Source: an uncultured bacterium (lineage in GTDB: Bacteria; Methylomirabilota; Methylomirabilia; Rokubacteriales; CSP1-6). Taken from it: a stretch of 32,564 bases of DNA. The notes below the pieces were generated by a model. It was not told the origin of the DNA. It saw only the letters and a list, made by a program, of their open reading frames with translations, and did no database searches. Where the stretch lies: the NCBI GenBank assembly GCA_964637755.1, contig CAZWXA010000002.1, positions 1-32,564 of the forward strand. The letters run 5' to 3'. Below are positions 1-7,703 of the stretch, piece by piece (position 1 is the first letter of the stretch; the number at the start of each line of letters is the position of its first letter). A program made the translations under genes and the position numbers.

Positions 1-1
1 G

Positions 2-439
2 TTCCTCCAGTTCGCGCTCCGGGGGGTCACGCTCCAGAGCCAGCGGCTCCTGACCGAGATCCAGCATGAGATCTCCAAGGGACTCTTCAGAAATCTCATG
101 CTGGATCTGTTCGGCCTGCTCAAGACGCCGAAGAAGCGCGTCATCGCCGAGCGCCAGCTCGAGATCCTGAAGCTGCTGCTCGAGGTCGAGGGGATGGACT
201 GGCAGGAGGTCATCCGGCGTACGTCGTCCGTCTACGCGACGCTCCGTAACCCGTTGAAGGCGCTCGTGCGTGACGTCAGCAGTCTGAGTGGCCTCGGGGC
301 GGTCACGGTCGAGAAGCTTGGCGAAGGCCGCTTCCGGCTCAGGGTCCGCCTCGAGTGGCCAATGGAGATCACGGAGACGGCGTTCTTCGAGAAGTTGAAG
401 CAACTCTCCAAAGCCAAGACCCATTCCTTCCTGCGGTAG
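2..439 (+). CDS. hypothetical protein, 5'-truncated at window edge; C-terminal region resembles the winged-helix tail of Fic/DOC-family proteins
   Basis: Frame 2 is open from base 2 to TAG 437-439 (the track lists only the ATG-initiated part, 98..439). The translation FLQFALRGV...ERQLEILKLLLE... recalls Fic C-terminal regions. That assignment is from memory only. Confidence 0.45.
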   Translation, partial: FLQFALRGVTLQSQRLLTEIQHEISKGLFRNLMLDLFGLLKTPKKRVIAERQLEILKLLLEVEGMDWQEVIRRTSSVYATLRNPLKALVRDVSSLSGLGAVTVEKLGEGRFRLRVRLEWPMEITETAFFEKLKQLSKAKTHSFLR

Positions 440-554
440 GAGCCTGGCACCTTCGAGTCGCCGCGCGCACACCACCCTCCGTCGGCAGGCCAAGGTGATC
501 CGGGACCACCCCGCGTCGCGCTGACAACTGGTTCCGGCCCGAACCTAGACTAGC

Positions 555-1409
555 TTAGCTGCCGAGCTCCCAGCGCGAGACCGCGTTCGCGACGAGGGAT
601 TCCCGGACGCGGCCACCCTTCTCGAGCGCGCGGAGGTGTGACTCCACCGACATGGCAGCGACCGGGTGGAGCGTCTCCGGCACTCCGGCGTACACGCGCC
701 GCACGACCTCGGGAATCGTGCGGCACCCGTCGCCGAGCGCCGCGAGGATCTGCCGCTCCCTGAGCAGCCGGTGCTCGATGTACTCGCTGATGATCCCCGG
801 CGCGTCCTCGATGACGGGGCCGTGCGCGGGGTAGATCCGGCGGACCTCGAGCTGCTGGAGCCGTCTGAGCGAGGCCAGGTAGTCTCCGAGGTCACCGTCG
901 TCAGGCGGAATGACCGTCGTCGAGCCGCCGAGGATCACGTCGCCCGTGAAGAGGGCTTGCTCCTCGACGAAGTAGTAACAGAGGTGATCGGACGCGTGGC
1001 CCGGCGTGTGGACCGGGATCAGCGTCACCTCCTCCCCGTGGACCGTCTGGCCATCGCGCAGGTCCTCGACGGGTTCCGGGAGCCCGCCGTCGCGATGGCG
1101 CATCTTCGAGACGCGGATGCCGGGAAAGCGCTCGCGCAGGTGGGGCACGCCGCCCATGTGGTCGCGGTGACGGTGCGTCAGCAGGATCCGCGAGGGGCCC
1201 GCCCAGCCGCGGCCGCCGAGGTAGGCGTCGAGGGTCGCGATGTACCCCGGCACGCCCGCCCCCGTGTCGATCAGGATCGGATCGCGCGACCCGACGAGGT
1301 AGGTGTTGGTCCCCGGTCCCGTCATGAGCCCGGGGTTCAGGCCGAGGACCCGGCCCACGCGGTCACTCGGAGACGCGGTGATCGGGAAATCGGGGTCGAT
1401 CCAGCTCAT
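555..1409 (-). CDS. MBL-fold metallo-hydrolase (LACTB2/glyoxalase II-like)
   Basis: HxHxDH motif (LTHRHRDHMGG), downstream HTPGH and a conserved C-terminal helical domain. Start set at ATG 1407-1409 (MSWIDPDF), which overlaps the livF stop by 4 nt. The track's extra 124 N-terminal residues are Arg/Ala/Pro-rich shadow sequence running through livF. Confidence 0.85.
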   Translation of the reverse strand: MSWIDPDFPITASPSDRVGRVLGLNPGLMTGPGTNTYLVGSRDPILIDTGAGVPGYIATLDAYLGGRGWAGPSRILLTHRHRDHMGGVPHLRERFPGIRVSKMRHRDGGLPEPVEDLRDGQTVHGEEVTLIPVHTPGHASDHLCYYFVEEQALFTGDVILGGSTTVIPPDDGDLGDYLASLRRLQQLEVRRIYPAHGPVIEDAPGIISEYIEHRLLRERQILAALGDGCRTIPEVVRRVYAGVPETLHPVAAMSVESHLRALEKGGRVRESLVANAVSRWELGS

Positions 1410-2095
1410 GCGACTCCCAGGTAGCGACCCTTCACGTCCTCGTCCGCCGCCAGTTGCTCGGGGGACCCATCGTACACGATCCGTCCCTTGCTCATCACGT
1501 ACACCCGGTCGGAGACCCCGAGCGCCAGCGGGAGGTTCTGCTCCACGAGCAGCAGGGGGAGCCCCGCTCGCTTCAGGCCGATCAGCACCCGCCCGACGTC
1601 CCGGACGATCTGGGGCGCGAGACCTTCGGACGGCTCGTCGAGCACCAGCAGGCGGGGGTTGGTGAGGAGCGCGCGCCCGATGGCGAGCATCTGCTGCTCG
1701 CCGCCCGAGAGGGTGCCGCCGCTCTGCCGCGCGCGCTCGCGGAGCCGCGGGAAGATGTCGAGCACGCGCTCGCGGGTCCACGGACCGGGCCGCTCGGCGA
1801 AGACGAGGTTCTCCGTCACGGAAAGCGGCGCGAAGATCCGGCGCCCCTGCGGGACGAGGCCGATGCCGCGCCGGGCGATCAGGTGCGCCGGCAACCGGTG
1901 GATCGGGTGCCCGTCGAGCTCGATCCGGCCGCTCCGCGGGCGCTCGAAGCCGACGATGCTCCGCACCAGCGTGGTCTTTCCCGCGCCGTTCCGCCCGAGC
2001 AAGGCGACGGCCTCGCCCGCTCCGACCCGGAGGCTCGCCCCGCGGAGCACGTGGCTCTCGCCGTAGAACGTGTGGATCTCGTCGACCTCGAGCAT
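1406..2095 (-). CDS. livF: branched-chain amino acid-type ABC transporter ATP-binding protein (LivF-like)
   Basis: Walker A GRNGAGKTT, signature LSGGEQQ, Walker B LLVLDEPSEGL. Start is ATG 2093-2095 (MLEVDEIHTFYG), overlapping the livG stop by 1 nt. Confidence 0.9.
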   Translation of the reverse strand: MLEVDEIHTFYGESHVLRGASLRVGAGEAVALLGRNGAGKTTLVRSIVGFERPRSGRIELDGHPIHRLPAHLIARRGIGLVPQGRRIFAPLSVTENLVFAERPGPWTRERVLDIFPRLRERARQSGGTLSGGEQQMLAIGRALLTNPRLLVLDEPSEGLAPQIVRDVGRVLIGLKRAGLPLLLVEQNLPLALGVSDRVYVMSKGRIVYDGSPEQLAADEDVKGRYLGVA

Positions 2096-2850
2096 CACGT
2101 GCCGCCCTCGGTCCCGAGGTAGACCTCGTAGACTCGGGAATCCGCCCGGACGGCCTCGGGCGTCCCTTCGGCCAGCACCTCGCCGTGATGCAGCACGGTG
2201 ACGCGGTCGGCGAGCGAGAAGACCACGTCCATGTCGTGCTCGATGATCATGAGCGTGATGTCGCGCGGGAGTGCCGCGAGGAGGCGGGTCATCTGCTCCG
2301 TCTCGTCCGGCGACATGCCCGCCGTGGGCTCGTCGAGGAGCAGGAGCCGGGGCCGGGTGGCGAGCGCGATGCCGATCTCGAGCTGCCGCTGTTCCCCGTA
2401 GGACAGGCGGCCGGCCGGGAGATCGAGCCGGCCGGCGAGCCCGACCGGCTCCGCGGCGTCGCGAACGGCGGCCCGCGACGCCACCGAGTCGGGCGGCGCC
2501 CCGAAGAGCCGGTAGCCCTCGCCCGATCGAGCCCCGCCGGCGAGCCGGAGGTTCTCCCCGACCGAGAGCTTCGGGAACACGTTCGTCCGCTGGAAGGAGC
2601 GGGCGATCCCTCGCCGCGCGACGGCGTGGGGCGGGAGACCGCTGATCTCGCCGCCGTCGAACTCGATGTGGCCAGTGGAGGGCGCCAGCTCTCCCGTGAT
2701 CAGGTTGAAGAGCGTGGTCTTGCCGGCGCCGTTCGGCCCGATGATCGCGCGGCGCTCGCGGGGCAACACCTCGAGCGTCACGCGGGTCAGGACGCCCAGC
2801 GCGGCGAAGCGCCGCGTCAGGGACTCGCAGCGCAGGATCGGGCGCGTCAC
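2095..2850 (-). CDS. livG: branched-chain amino acid-type ABC transporter ATP-binding protein (LivG-like)
   Basis: Walker A GPNGAGKTT, LSYGEQRQLEI, LLLLDEPTAGM. The GTG start at 2848-2850 overlaps the livM stop (GTGA). The track's 540-aa version is an out-of-context N-terminal extension. Confidence 0.88.
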   Translation of the reverse strand: MTRPILRCESLTRRFAALGVLTRVTLEVLPRERRAIIGPNGAGKTTLFNLITGELAPSTGHIEFDGGEISGLPPHAVARRGIARSFQRTNVFPKLSVGENLRLAGGARSGEGYRLFGAPPDSVASRAAVRDAAEPVGLAGRLDLPAGRLSYGEQRQLEIGIALATRPRLLLLDEPTAGMSPDETEQMTRLLAALPRDITLMIIEHDMDVVFSLADRVTVLHHGEVLAEGTPEAVRADSRVYEVYLGTEGGT

Positions 2851-3773
2851 GCGCGCCGCTTCGCCTCCCGGCGAACGATCCCGAGGAGCCCCGCCGGCGC
2901 CCAGAGCACGAACCCGATGAACACCGCACCGAGGATCAGCATCCACCGCTCGGTGTAGGAGCTGACGAGGCTCTGCAGGACGATGAACCCGGCCGCGCCC
3001 AGCACGGGCCCCCCGAGCGTTCCCGCCCCGCCGATGATCACCATCAGGAGCACCTCCCCCGAGGTCGTCCAGAAGAGGGCCTCCGGCGAGATGTAGCCGT
3101 TGAACTGCGCGTAGAGCGCGCCCGCGATTCCCGCGACGGTTCCCGCCACGACGAACGCCACCAGCTTGAACCGGGCCACCGCGTAGCCCACGGCGACCAT
3201 GCGGTGCTCGTTGTCCTCGATCCCGCCGAGGACGCGCCCGAACGGCGACCGGACGATCCGGTGAAGCGCGAGCGCCGCCAGCACGAAGACGGTCACGACG
3301 TAGAGATGGAAGACGGAGGTCCGGTCCAGGTCGACCCCGGGGAGCCTCGGCCGCGGCACGCCCGGGAGGCCGTCCGACGACCCGAGCCAGGCGGCGCTGA
3401 ACGCGGCAGCGTAGAGCATCTGCGAAAACGCGAGCGTCAGCATGATGAAGTACACGCCGCTCGACCGGATCGACAGGGAGCCGATCACGAGAGCCGCCCC
3501 GGCGGCGGCGAGGGCCGGCAGGAGCAGCGCCGACGTGAGGGACGGCGACCAGTGCTTGAGCGCGAGCGCCGCCACGTACCCGCCGAGCCCGAAGAAGGCG
3601 GAATGGCCGAGCGAGATCATCCCCGCGTAGCCCATGAGCAGGTCGAGGCTCATGGCGAAGATGCCCCAGATGAGGATCTCCTGGACGAGCTTCACCGGGT
3701 AGCTCCCCGCGAGCCACGGCAGTGCCGCCACCGCGCCGAGCGCCGCCAGGGCCAGGAGCTTACCGCTGCGCAT
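2847..3773 (-). CDS. livM: branched-chain amino acid-type ABC transporter permease (LivM-like)
   Basis: 308-aa polytopic membrane protein with typical LivM sequence (LDLLMGYAGMISLGHSAFFGLGGY). Overlaps the livH 3' end by 14 nt. Confidence 0.88.
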   Translation of the reverse strand: MRSGKLLALAALGAVAALPWLAGSYPVKLVQEILIWGIFAMSLDLLMGYAGMISLGHSAFFGLGGYVAALALKHWSPSLTSALLLPALAAAGAALVIGSLSIRSSGVYFIMLTLAFSQMLYAAAFSAAWLGSSDGLPGVPRPRLPGVDLDRTSVFHLYVVTVFVLAALALHRIVRSPFGRVLGGIEDNEHRMVAVGYAVARFKLVAFVVAGTVAGIAGALYAQFNGYISPEALFWTTSGEVLLMVIIGGAGTLGGPVLGAAGFIVLQSLVSSYTERWMLILGAVFIGFVLWAPAGLLGIVRREAKRRA

Positions 3774-4578
3774 GTCCGAAGAGGCCCCGCGGGCGCGCGA
3801 GGAGGACGAGGGCCATCACGCCATAGATGACGAACATGGAGGTATCCGGGAGCCACGCCTTGCCGAACGTCTCCGCCTGGCCCAGGATCAGGCTCCCCGC
3901 GAGCGACCCCTTGAGGCTGCCCAGGCCGCCGATCACGACGACGATGAGACAGCGGACGAGGATCTCGACGCCCATTCCCGGGTAGGCCGCCTGGATCGGC
4001 ACGGCGATCACCCCGGCGACGGCGGCGAGTCCCGCGCCGAGGGCAAAGACTCCGGTGAACACCCTGTGCACGTCGACGCCGAGCCCCGCGGTCATTTCCC
4101 GGTCGTAGACGCCGGCGCGCACGACGGCGCCGAGCCGCGTCCGCTCCATCAGCAGCCAGAGAAGGAGGGCCACGCCGAGGCCAAAGGCGATGACGAAGAG
4201 CCGGTAGGACGGGAAGCGCACGCCCGCGAGGGTCACCGAGCCCGCCAGCCCGGACGGCGGGGCGATCGACCGGACGTGGGCGCCCCAGATCCACTTCACG
4301 AGATCGTCGAAGAGGTAGATGAAGCCGAAGGTGAGCAGCACCTGGGCGTTCGGGCCGCGGGCGTAGAGCGGGCGCAGGCAGGTCCACTCGAGCAGGGCCC
4401 CGACCAGGGCGACCAGCAGCGGCGCCACCGCCAGCGCCGTCCAGAAATCCCGCGTCAGGCCCACCACGGCGACGCCGCCGTAGGCGCCGAGCGTGTAGAA
4501 CGAGCCGTGGGCGAGGTTGATGACCTCGAGCATGCCGAAGATGAGGGTGAGCCCGACGGAGAGGAGGAAGAGCAGCAT
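3760..4578 (-). CDS. livH: branched-chain amino acid-type ABC transporter permease (LivH-like); N-terminus probably longer (see finding)
   Basis: LTLIFGMLEVINLAHGSFYTLGAY is the LivH signature region. The ATG at 4576-4578 lies inside the conserved N-terminal helix. The open frame continues upstream to 4671 and encodes family-typical residues. Confidence 0.85.
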   Translation of the reverse strand: MLLFLLSVGLTLIFGMLEVINLAHGSFYTLGAYGGVAVVGLTRDFWTALAVAPLLVALVGALLEWTCLRPLYARGPNAQVLLTFGFIYLFDDLVKWIWGAHVRSIAPPSGLAGSVTLAGVRFPSYRLFVIAFGLGVALLLWLLMERTRLGAVVRAGVYDREMTAGLGVDVHRVFTGVFALGAGLAAVAGVIAVPIQAAYPGMGVEILVRCLIVVVIGGLGSLKGSLAGSLILGQAETFGKAWLPDTSMFVIYGVMALVLLARPRGLFGHAQR

Positions 4579-4636
4579 GCCGTACTGCAGGCCGTTCAGG
4601 GCCTGAGCGAAGACCTCCGGGAGGACGGTCAGGAGC

Positions 4637-5851
4637 TCACCCGGGAAGGGTGCAACCGGTGCCGGGGTCCCTCACGTTCGCGACGCGGTCGATCACGACG
4701 TTGGCCAGCTCGCCCCCGACCTCCCGCACCTCGCGGACGTAGATGAAGGGCTGGATCACGTTCTGCGTCCTGGGATCGAACCGGAAGCGGCCGCGCGGGC
4801 TGTCGAACTCGACCGCCCGCATCGCCTCGATCAGCCGGTCCTTGTCCCGGGTGTCGCCGCCCGTGGCCCGGAGGGCGTGGACGATCACCTGCGCCGTGTC
4901 GTGGCCCTGCACGGCGAAGCCGTCGGGGGTCTTCCTGAACTTCTCCCTGAACTCGCGCACGAACTGCCGGTTCGCCGGATTGTCGAGGAGCGTCGAGTAG
5001 AAGTGCCCGGTGACGACGCCGAGCGCCGACTTCCCCTGGGCCGGAAGCACGTCCGTCTCGGTGAGGAACCCTGCCCCGCAGAGCCGGGACCGCGCCTTGA
5101 GCCCGAACTCGTCGTACTGCTTGACGAAGCGGACCGCCTGCGAGCCGGAGTAGAACGCGTACACCACCTTCGGGGCGGCCTGGTTGATCTTGGTCAGGAA
5201 CGGGGCGAAGTCCTCGTTGACGGGGAAGGGCGTGTAGTCCTCGCCGACGATCTTGCCGCCGGCGGGCAGGAAGGTCTCCTTGAACGCCTTCATCATGTCG
5301 AAGCCCGCCGAGTACTTCGGCGCGATCAGGTAGGCCTCGCGGCCCACGTGCGCGGCCACCCAGCCGCCCATCGGCCAGTTGGGCTGCCAGTTGGAGAACG
5401 AGGCGCGGAAGATGTACCGCGAGCAGCGCTCGCGGCTGATCTCGTCGTTGCCGGCGTTGGCCACGATGAGGATCTGCCGCGCCTGGTGCACCGTGTCGCG
5501 GATGGCGGCGAGGACGCCGCTGGAGACGGGCCCGACCAGGAAGTCCACCGCGTCGCTCTCGATCAGCTTCTTGGTCTTCCGGAGCCCGACCTGCGGGTTG
5601 ACCTCGTCGTCCTCCTTGATCAGCTCGACCCGGCGGCCGGCGATGGTCCAGTTCTCGCGGTCGAGGACGAGCTGCACCCCCTCGGTGATGCTCTCGCCGA
5701 GCACGGCGTAGACCTTGGAGTACGGGAGCACGAGACCGATCTTGAGCGGTCTGGGCTGGGCCGCGAGACGTCGCAGCGGTGCCCCCGCCACCGCGCCCGC
5801 GGCCACGGCCGCGGTTCCGCCGAGAACCATCCGCCGTCTGATCGGATCCAT
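4637..5851 (-). CDS. ABC transporter substrate-binding protein, LivK/type-I periplasmic binding fold, with a Tat-like signal peptide
   Basis: Start MDPIRRRMVLGGTAAVAAGAVAG (twin-Arg signal), preceded by SD GGGAGG. The mature part aligns in style with Leu/Ile/Val-binding family proteins (KIGLVLPYSKVYAVLGE..., VGPVSSGV). The track's 441-aa version adds 37 unlikely residues. Confidence 0.85.
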   Translation of the reverse strand: MDPIRRRMVLGGTAAVAAGAVAGAPLRRLAAQPRPLKIGLVLPYSKVYAVLGESITEGVQLVLDRENWTIAGRRVELIKEDDEVNPQVGLRKTKKLIESDAVDFLVGPVSSGVLAAIRDTVHQARQILIVANAGNDEISRERCSRYIFRASFSNWQPNWPMGGWVAAHVGREAYLIAPKYSAGFDMMKAFKETFLPAGGKIVGEDYTPFPVNEDFAPFLTKINQAAPKVVYAFYSGSQAVRFVKQYDEFGLKARSRLCGAGFLTETDVLPAQGKSALGVVTGHFYSTLLDNPANRQFVREFREKFRKTPDGFAVQGHDTAQVIVHALRATGGDTRDKDRLIEAMRAVEFDSPRGRFRFDPRTQNVIQPFIYVREVREVGGELANVVIDRVANVRDPGTGCTLPG

Positions 5852-5873
5852 CGCGCCTCCCGGAGGAGCGGCG

Positions 5874-6290
5874 TCAGCCGCCGAGCTTTCGTTTGACCGC
5901 GTCGGGGATCGACCTCGCGCGGAGGCGCTCGCCGGGCCGCGCCGGCCGCCCGACCCAGGCACGCCGCTCGAAACCGGTCGCGCAGAGCGTCGGCCCTGCC
6001 GAGGCCCGGTGATCGACCCTGAAGGTCTTGTCGGTGATGTCGGTCACCTCGCACTCGATGGTGACCGTGTCTCCGAGCCGGACGGGCGCCAGGAAGGTCG
6101 CGCCGGCCTCGACGACGGGGACGCCGACGATGTCGTGGTCGCGGAACGAGCGCTCCCACGGCTCGCCCATGCGAGCGAAGAGCGCTCCGGTGCCGACGTC
6201 GAACCACTCGAAGAAGCGCGGGTAGAAGGCGATCCCCGCGGGGTCGCACTCGCTCCAGCGCACGGCGAGCGTCAGGGTGTGCTTCAGCAC
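5874..6290 (-). CDS. acyl-CoA thioesterase, 4HBT/YbgC hotdog family
   Basis: 138 aa. VRWSECDPAGIAFYPRFFEWFD contains the family's N-terminal catalytic Asp region. GTG start at 6288-6290. Confidence 0.8.
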   Translation of the reverse strand: MLKHTLTLAVRWSECDPAGIAFYPRFFEWFDVGTGALFARMGEPWERSFRDHDIVGVPVVEAGATFLAPVRLGDTVTIECEVTDITDKTFRVDHRASAGPTLCATGFERRAWVGRPARPGERLRARSIPDAVKRKLGG

Positions 6291-6300
6291 GCCGAACAGC

Positions 6301-6345
6301 GGGCGGGCGGGGGGGCGACCGCCGCCGTCCCGGGGGCCGCGGAGC
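6301..6345 (-). repeat. degenerate copy of the repeat core upstream of the thioesterase gene (possible family member E)
   Basis: The minus strand reads CCGGGACGGCGGCGGTCGCCCCCCCGCCCG. Compare copy A, TCGGGGAAGAGCGGCGGCCGCCCCCCCCGACG. The 5' G-run arm is not conserved. Confidence 0.25.
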
Positions 6346-6496
6346 GATCGATCCCGGCTTTCACGCCGGCCGCCCGGTCGCCGCCGGCACGCTCGCCGCG
6401 GGCGGTCGGGAGCGAAACGGCCGGACAGCCTGGCTCGGCGGTGCGGTGCAGGAAGCGACCGGCCAGTCGCGTCATGCCGCCCATGATAGGGGCGGC

Positions 6497-7636
6497 CTAG
6501 AGATTAATCAATTGGGCCACGCGCTCGCGGTGGTGCGTGGCATCGCCGAACTCGAACTCCGACCCCTTGGCGCGCTTGAAGTAGAGGTGGAGGTCGTGCT
6601 CCCAGGTGAAGCCGATCCCGCCGTGCAGCTGGATCCCCGCCGCCGACACCCGGCGGTAGGCGTCGCTGACGTAGGCCTTGGCCATGGAGGCGGCCAGCGC
6701 CGCCTCCGGGGCGTTCTCGTCGACCGCCCACGCGGCGTAGTAGGTGATCGACTTGGCGTTCTCGACCTCCACCAGCATGTCGGCGGCCCGGTGCTTGACA
6801 CCCTGGTAGGACCCGATGGGCCGGCCGAACGCCACCCGGATCTTGGCGTACTCCGTGGTCATCTCGAGCACGCGCTGGGCCCCGCCGCACATCTCGGCGC
6901 ACAGCGCCACGGTGGCGCGCTCGATGACCCGCCCGAGGGCACGCCACCCGGTCCCCTCGCCCCCCAGCAGCGCGTCGCGGGGAACCGCCACGCCGCTCAG
7001 CGTGACCTCGCAGAGCTTGCGGGTCTGGTCCATGGTGGGCAGGAGGGTGACCGCGACGCCCGCCGCCGTCCTCGGGACGAGGAAGAGGCTCACGCCCTCA
7101 TCGGGATTCCGGCCGGCCGTGGTCCGCGCCACCACCACGAGCGCGTCGGACACGTGCGCGTCGGGGACGAAGAGCTTCGTGCCCGAGAGCGTGAACCCGC
7201 CGCCGGTCTCGACGGCGGTCAGGGTCACGCCCTGCGAATCCCAGCGCGCGTTCGGCTCCGTCCACGCCAGCGTCACCCGCGCCGCGCCCGAGGCGATCCG
7301 CGGCAACCACTCCCGCTTCTGCGTCTCGCTGCCCGCCTCGAGGAGGCAGAGTGAGCCGAGGAGCACGGTCGAGAAGTAGGGCCCCGGTATCACCGCGCGC
7401 CCCATCTCCTCCATCAGCACCACAAGGTCGACGACACCCAGGCCCACCCCGCCGTACGCCTCGGGGAGGATCAGGCCCAGCCATCCCTGCTCCGCGAGCT
7501 TGGCCCAGAACGCGGGCGTCGTGCCTTCCTCGGTCGCCATCATCCGGCGCACGAACCCGGAGGGGCACTCGTTCTCGAAGAACTTGCGCGCGGTCGACCG
7601 CAGCAGTTCCTGCTCCTCGCTGAATCCGAAGTTCAT
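6497..7636 (-). CDS. acyl-CoA dehydrogenase family protein (second of an adjacent pair)
   Basis: MNFGFSEEQELLRSTARKFFENE... is a typical ACAD N-terminus. ATG 7634-7636 is preceded by GAGGGA. The C-terminus (GSEFEFGDATHHRERVA) is atypical compared with the canonical YEGT..EIQ motif. Confidence 0.85.
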   Translation of the reverse strand: MNFGFSEEQELLRSTARKFFENECPSGFVRRMMATEEGTTPAFWAKLAEQGWLGLILPEAYGGVGLGVVDLVVLMEEMGRAVIPGPYFSTVLLGSLCLLEAGSETQKREWLPRIASGAARVTLAWTEPNARWDSQGVTLTAVETGGGFTLSGTKLFVPDAHVSDALVVVARTTAGRNPDEGVSLFLVPRTAAGVAVTLLPTMDQTRKLCEVTLSGVAVPRDALLGGEGTGWRALGRVIERATVALCAEMCGGAQRVLEMTTEYAKIRVAFGRPIGSYQGVKHRAADMLVEVENAKSITYYAAWAVDENAPEAALAASMAKAYVSDAYRRVSAAGIQLHGGIGFTWEHDLHLYFKRAKGSEFEFGDATHHRERVAQLINL

Positions 7637-7649
7637 CCCGATTTTCCCT

Positions 7650-7694
7650 CGCGGGGGGGTGGGCACCCGGGCTGACGCCCGCCCGCCCCCCATC
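7650..7694 (-). repeat. degenerate G-run/C-run hairpin between the two ACAD genes (possible family member D)
   Basis: The minus strand reads GATGGGGGGCGGGCGGGCGTCAGCCCGGGTGCCCACCCCCCCGCG. The arms GGGGGGCGGGC and GCCCACCCCCC pair with one mismatch. It ends 13 nt before ATG 7636. Confidence 0.35.
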
Positions 7695-7703
7695 GCTCTT
7701 CAC

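Noticed and set aside
546-558. TAGACTAGCTTAG: stop codons in all three frames on both strands within 13 nt, between the convergent Fic-like and MBL genes. It looks like a synthetic all-frame stop cassette.
   Set aside because: One of the stops is simply the natural TAA of the MBL gene, the region is a convergent gene junction where stops accumulate, and there is nothing else vector-like or synthetic around it. I treat it as coincidence.
6277-6486. Two overlapping ORFs of about 66-69 aa (6277..6486+ and 6284..6484-) in the 206-nt gap between the second ACAD and the thioesterase.
   Set aside because: Both translate to Arg/Ala/Gly/Pro-rich strings with no SD and no motifs. The gap is better explained by a GCCGCCC-N7-GGGCGGC hairpin just after the ACAD stop (6476-6496) and the degenerate repeat core.
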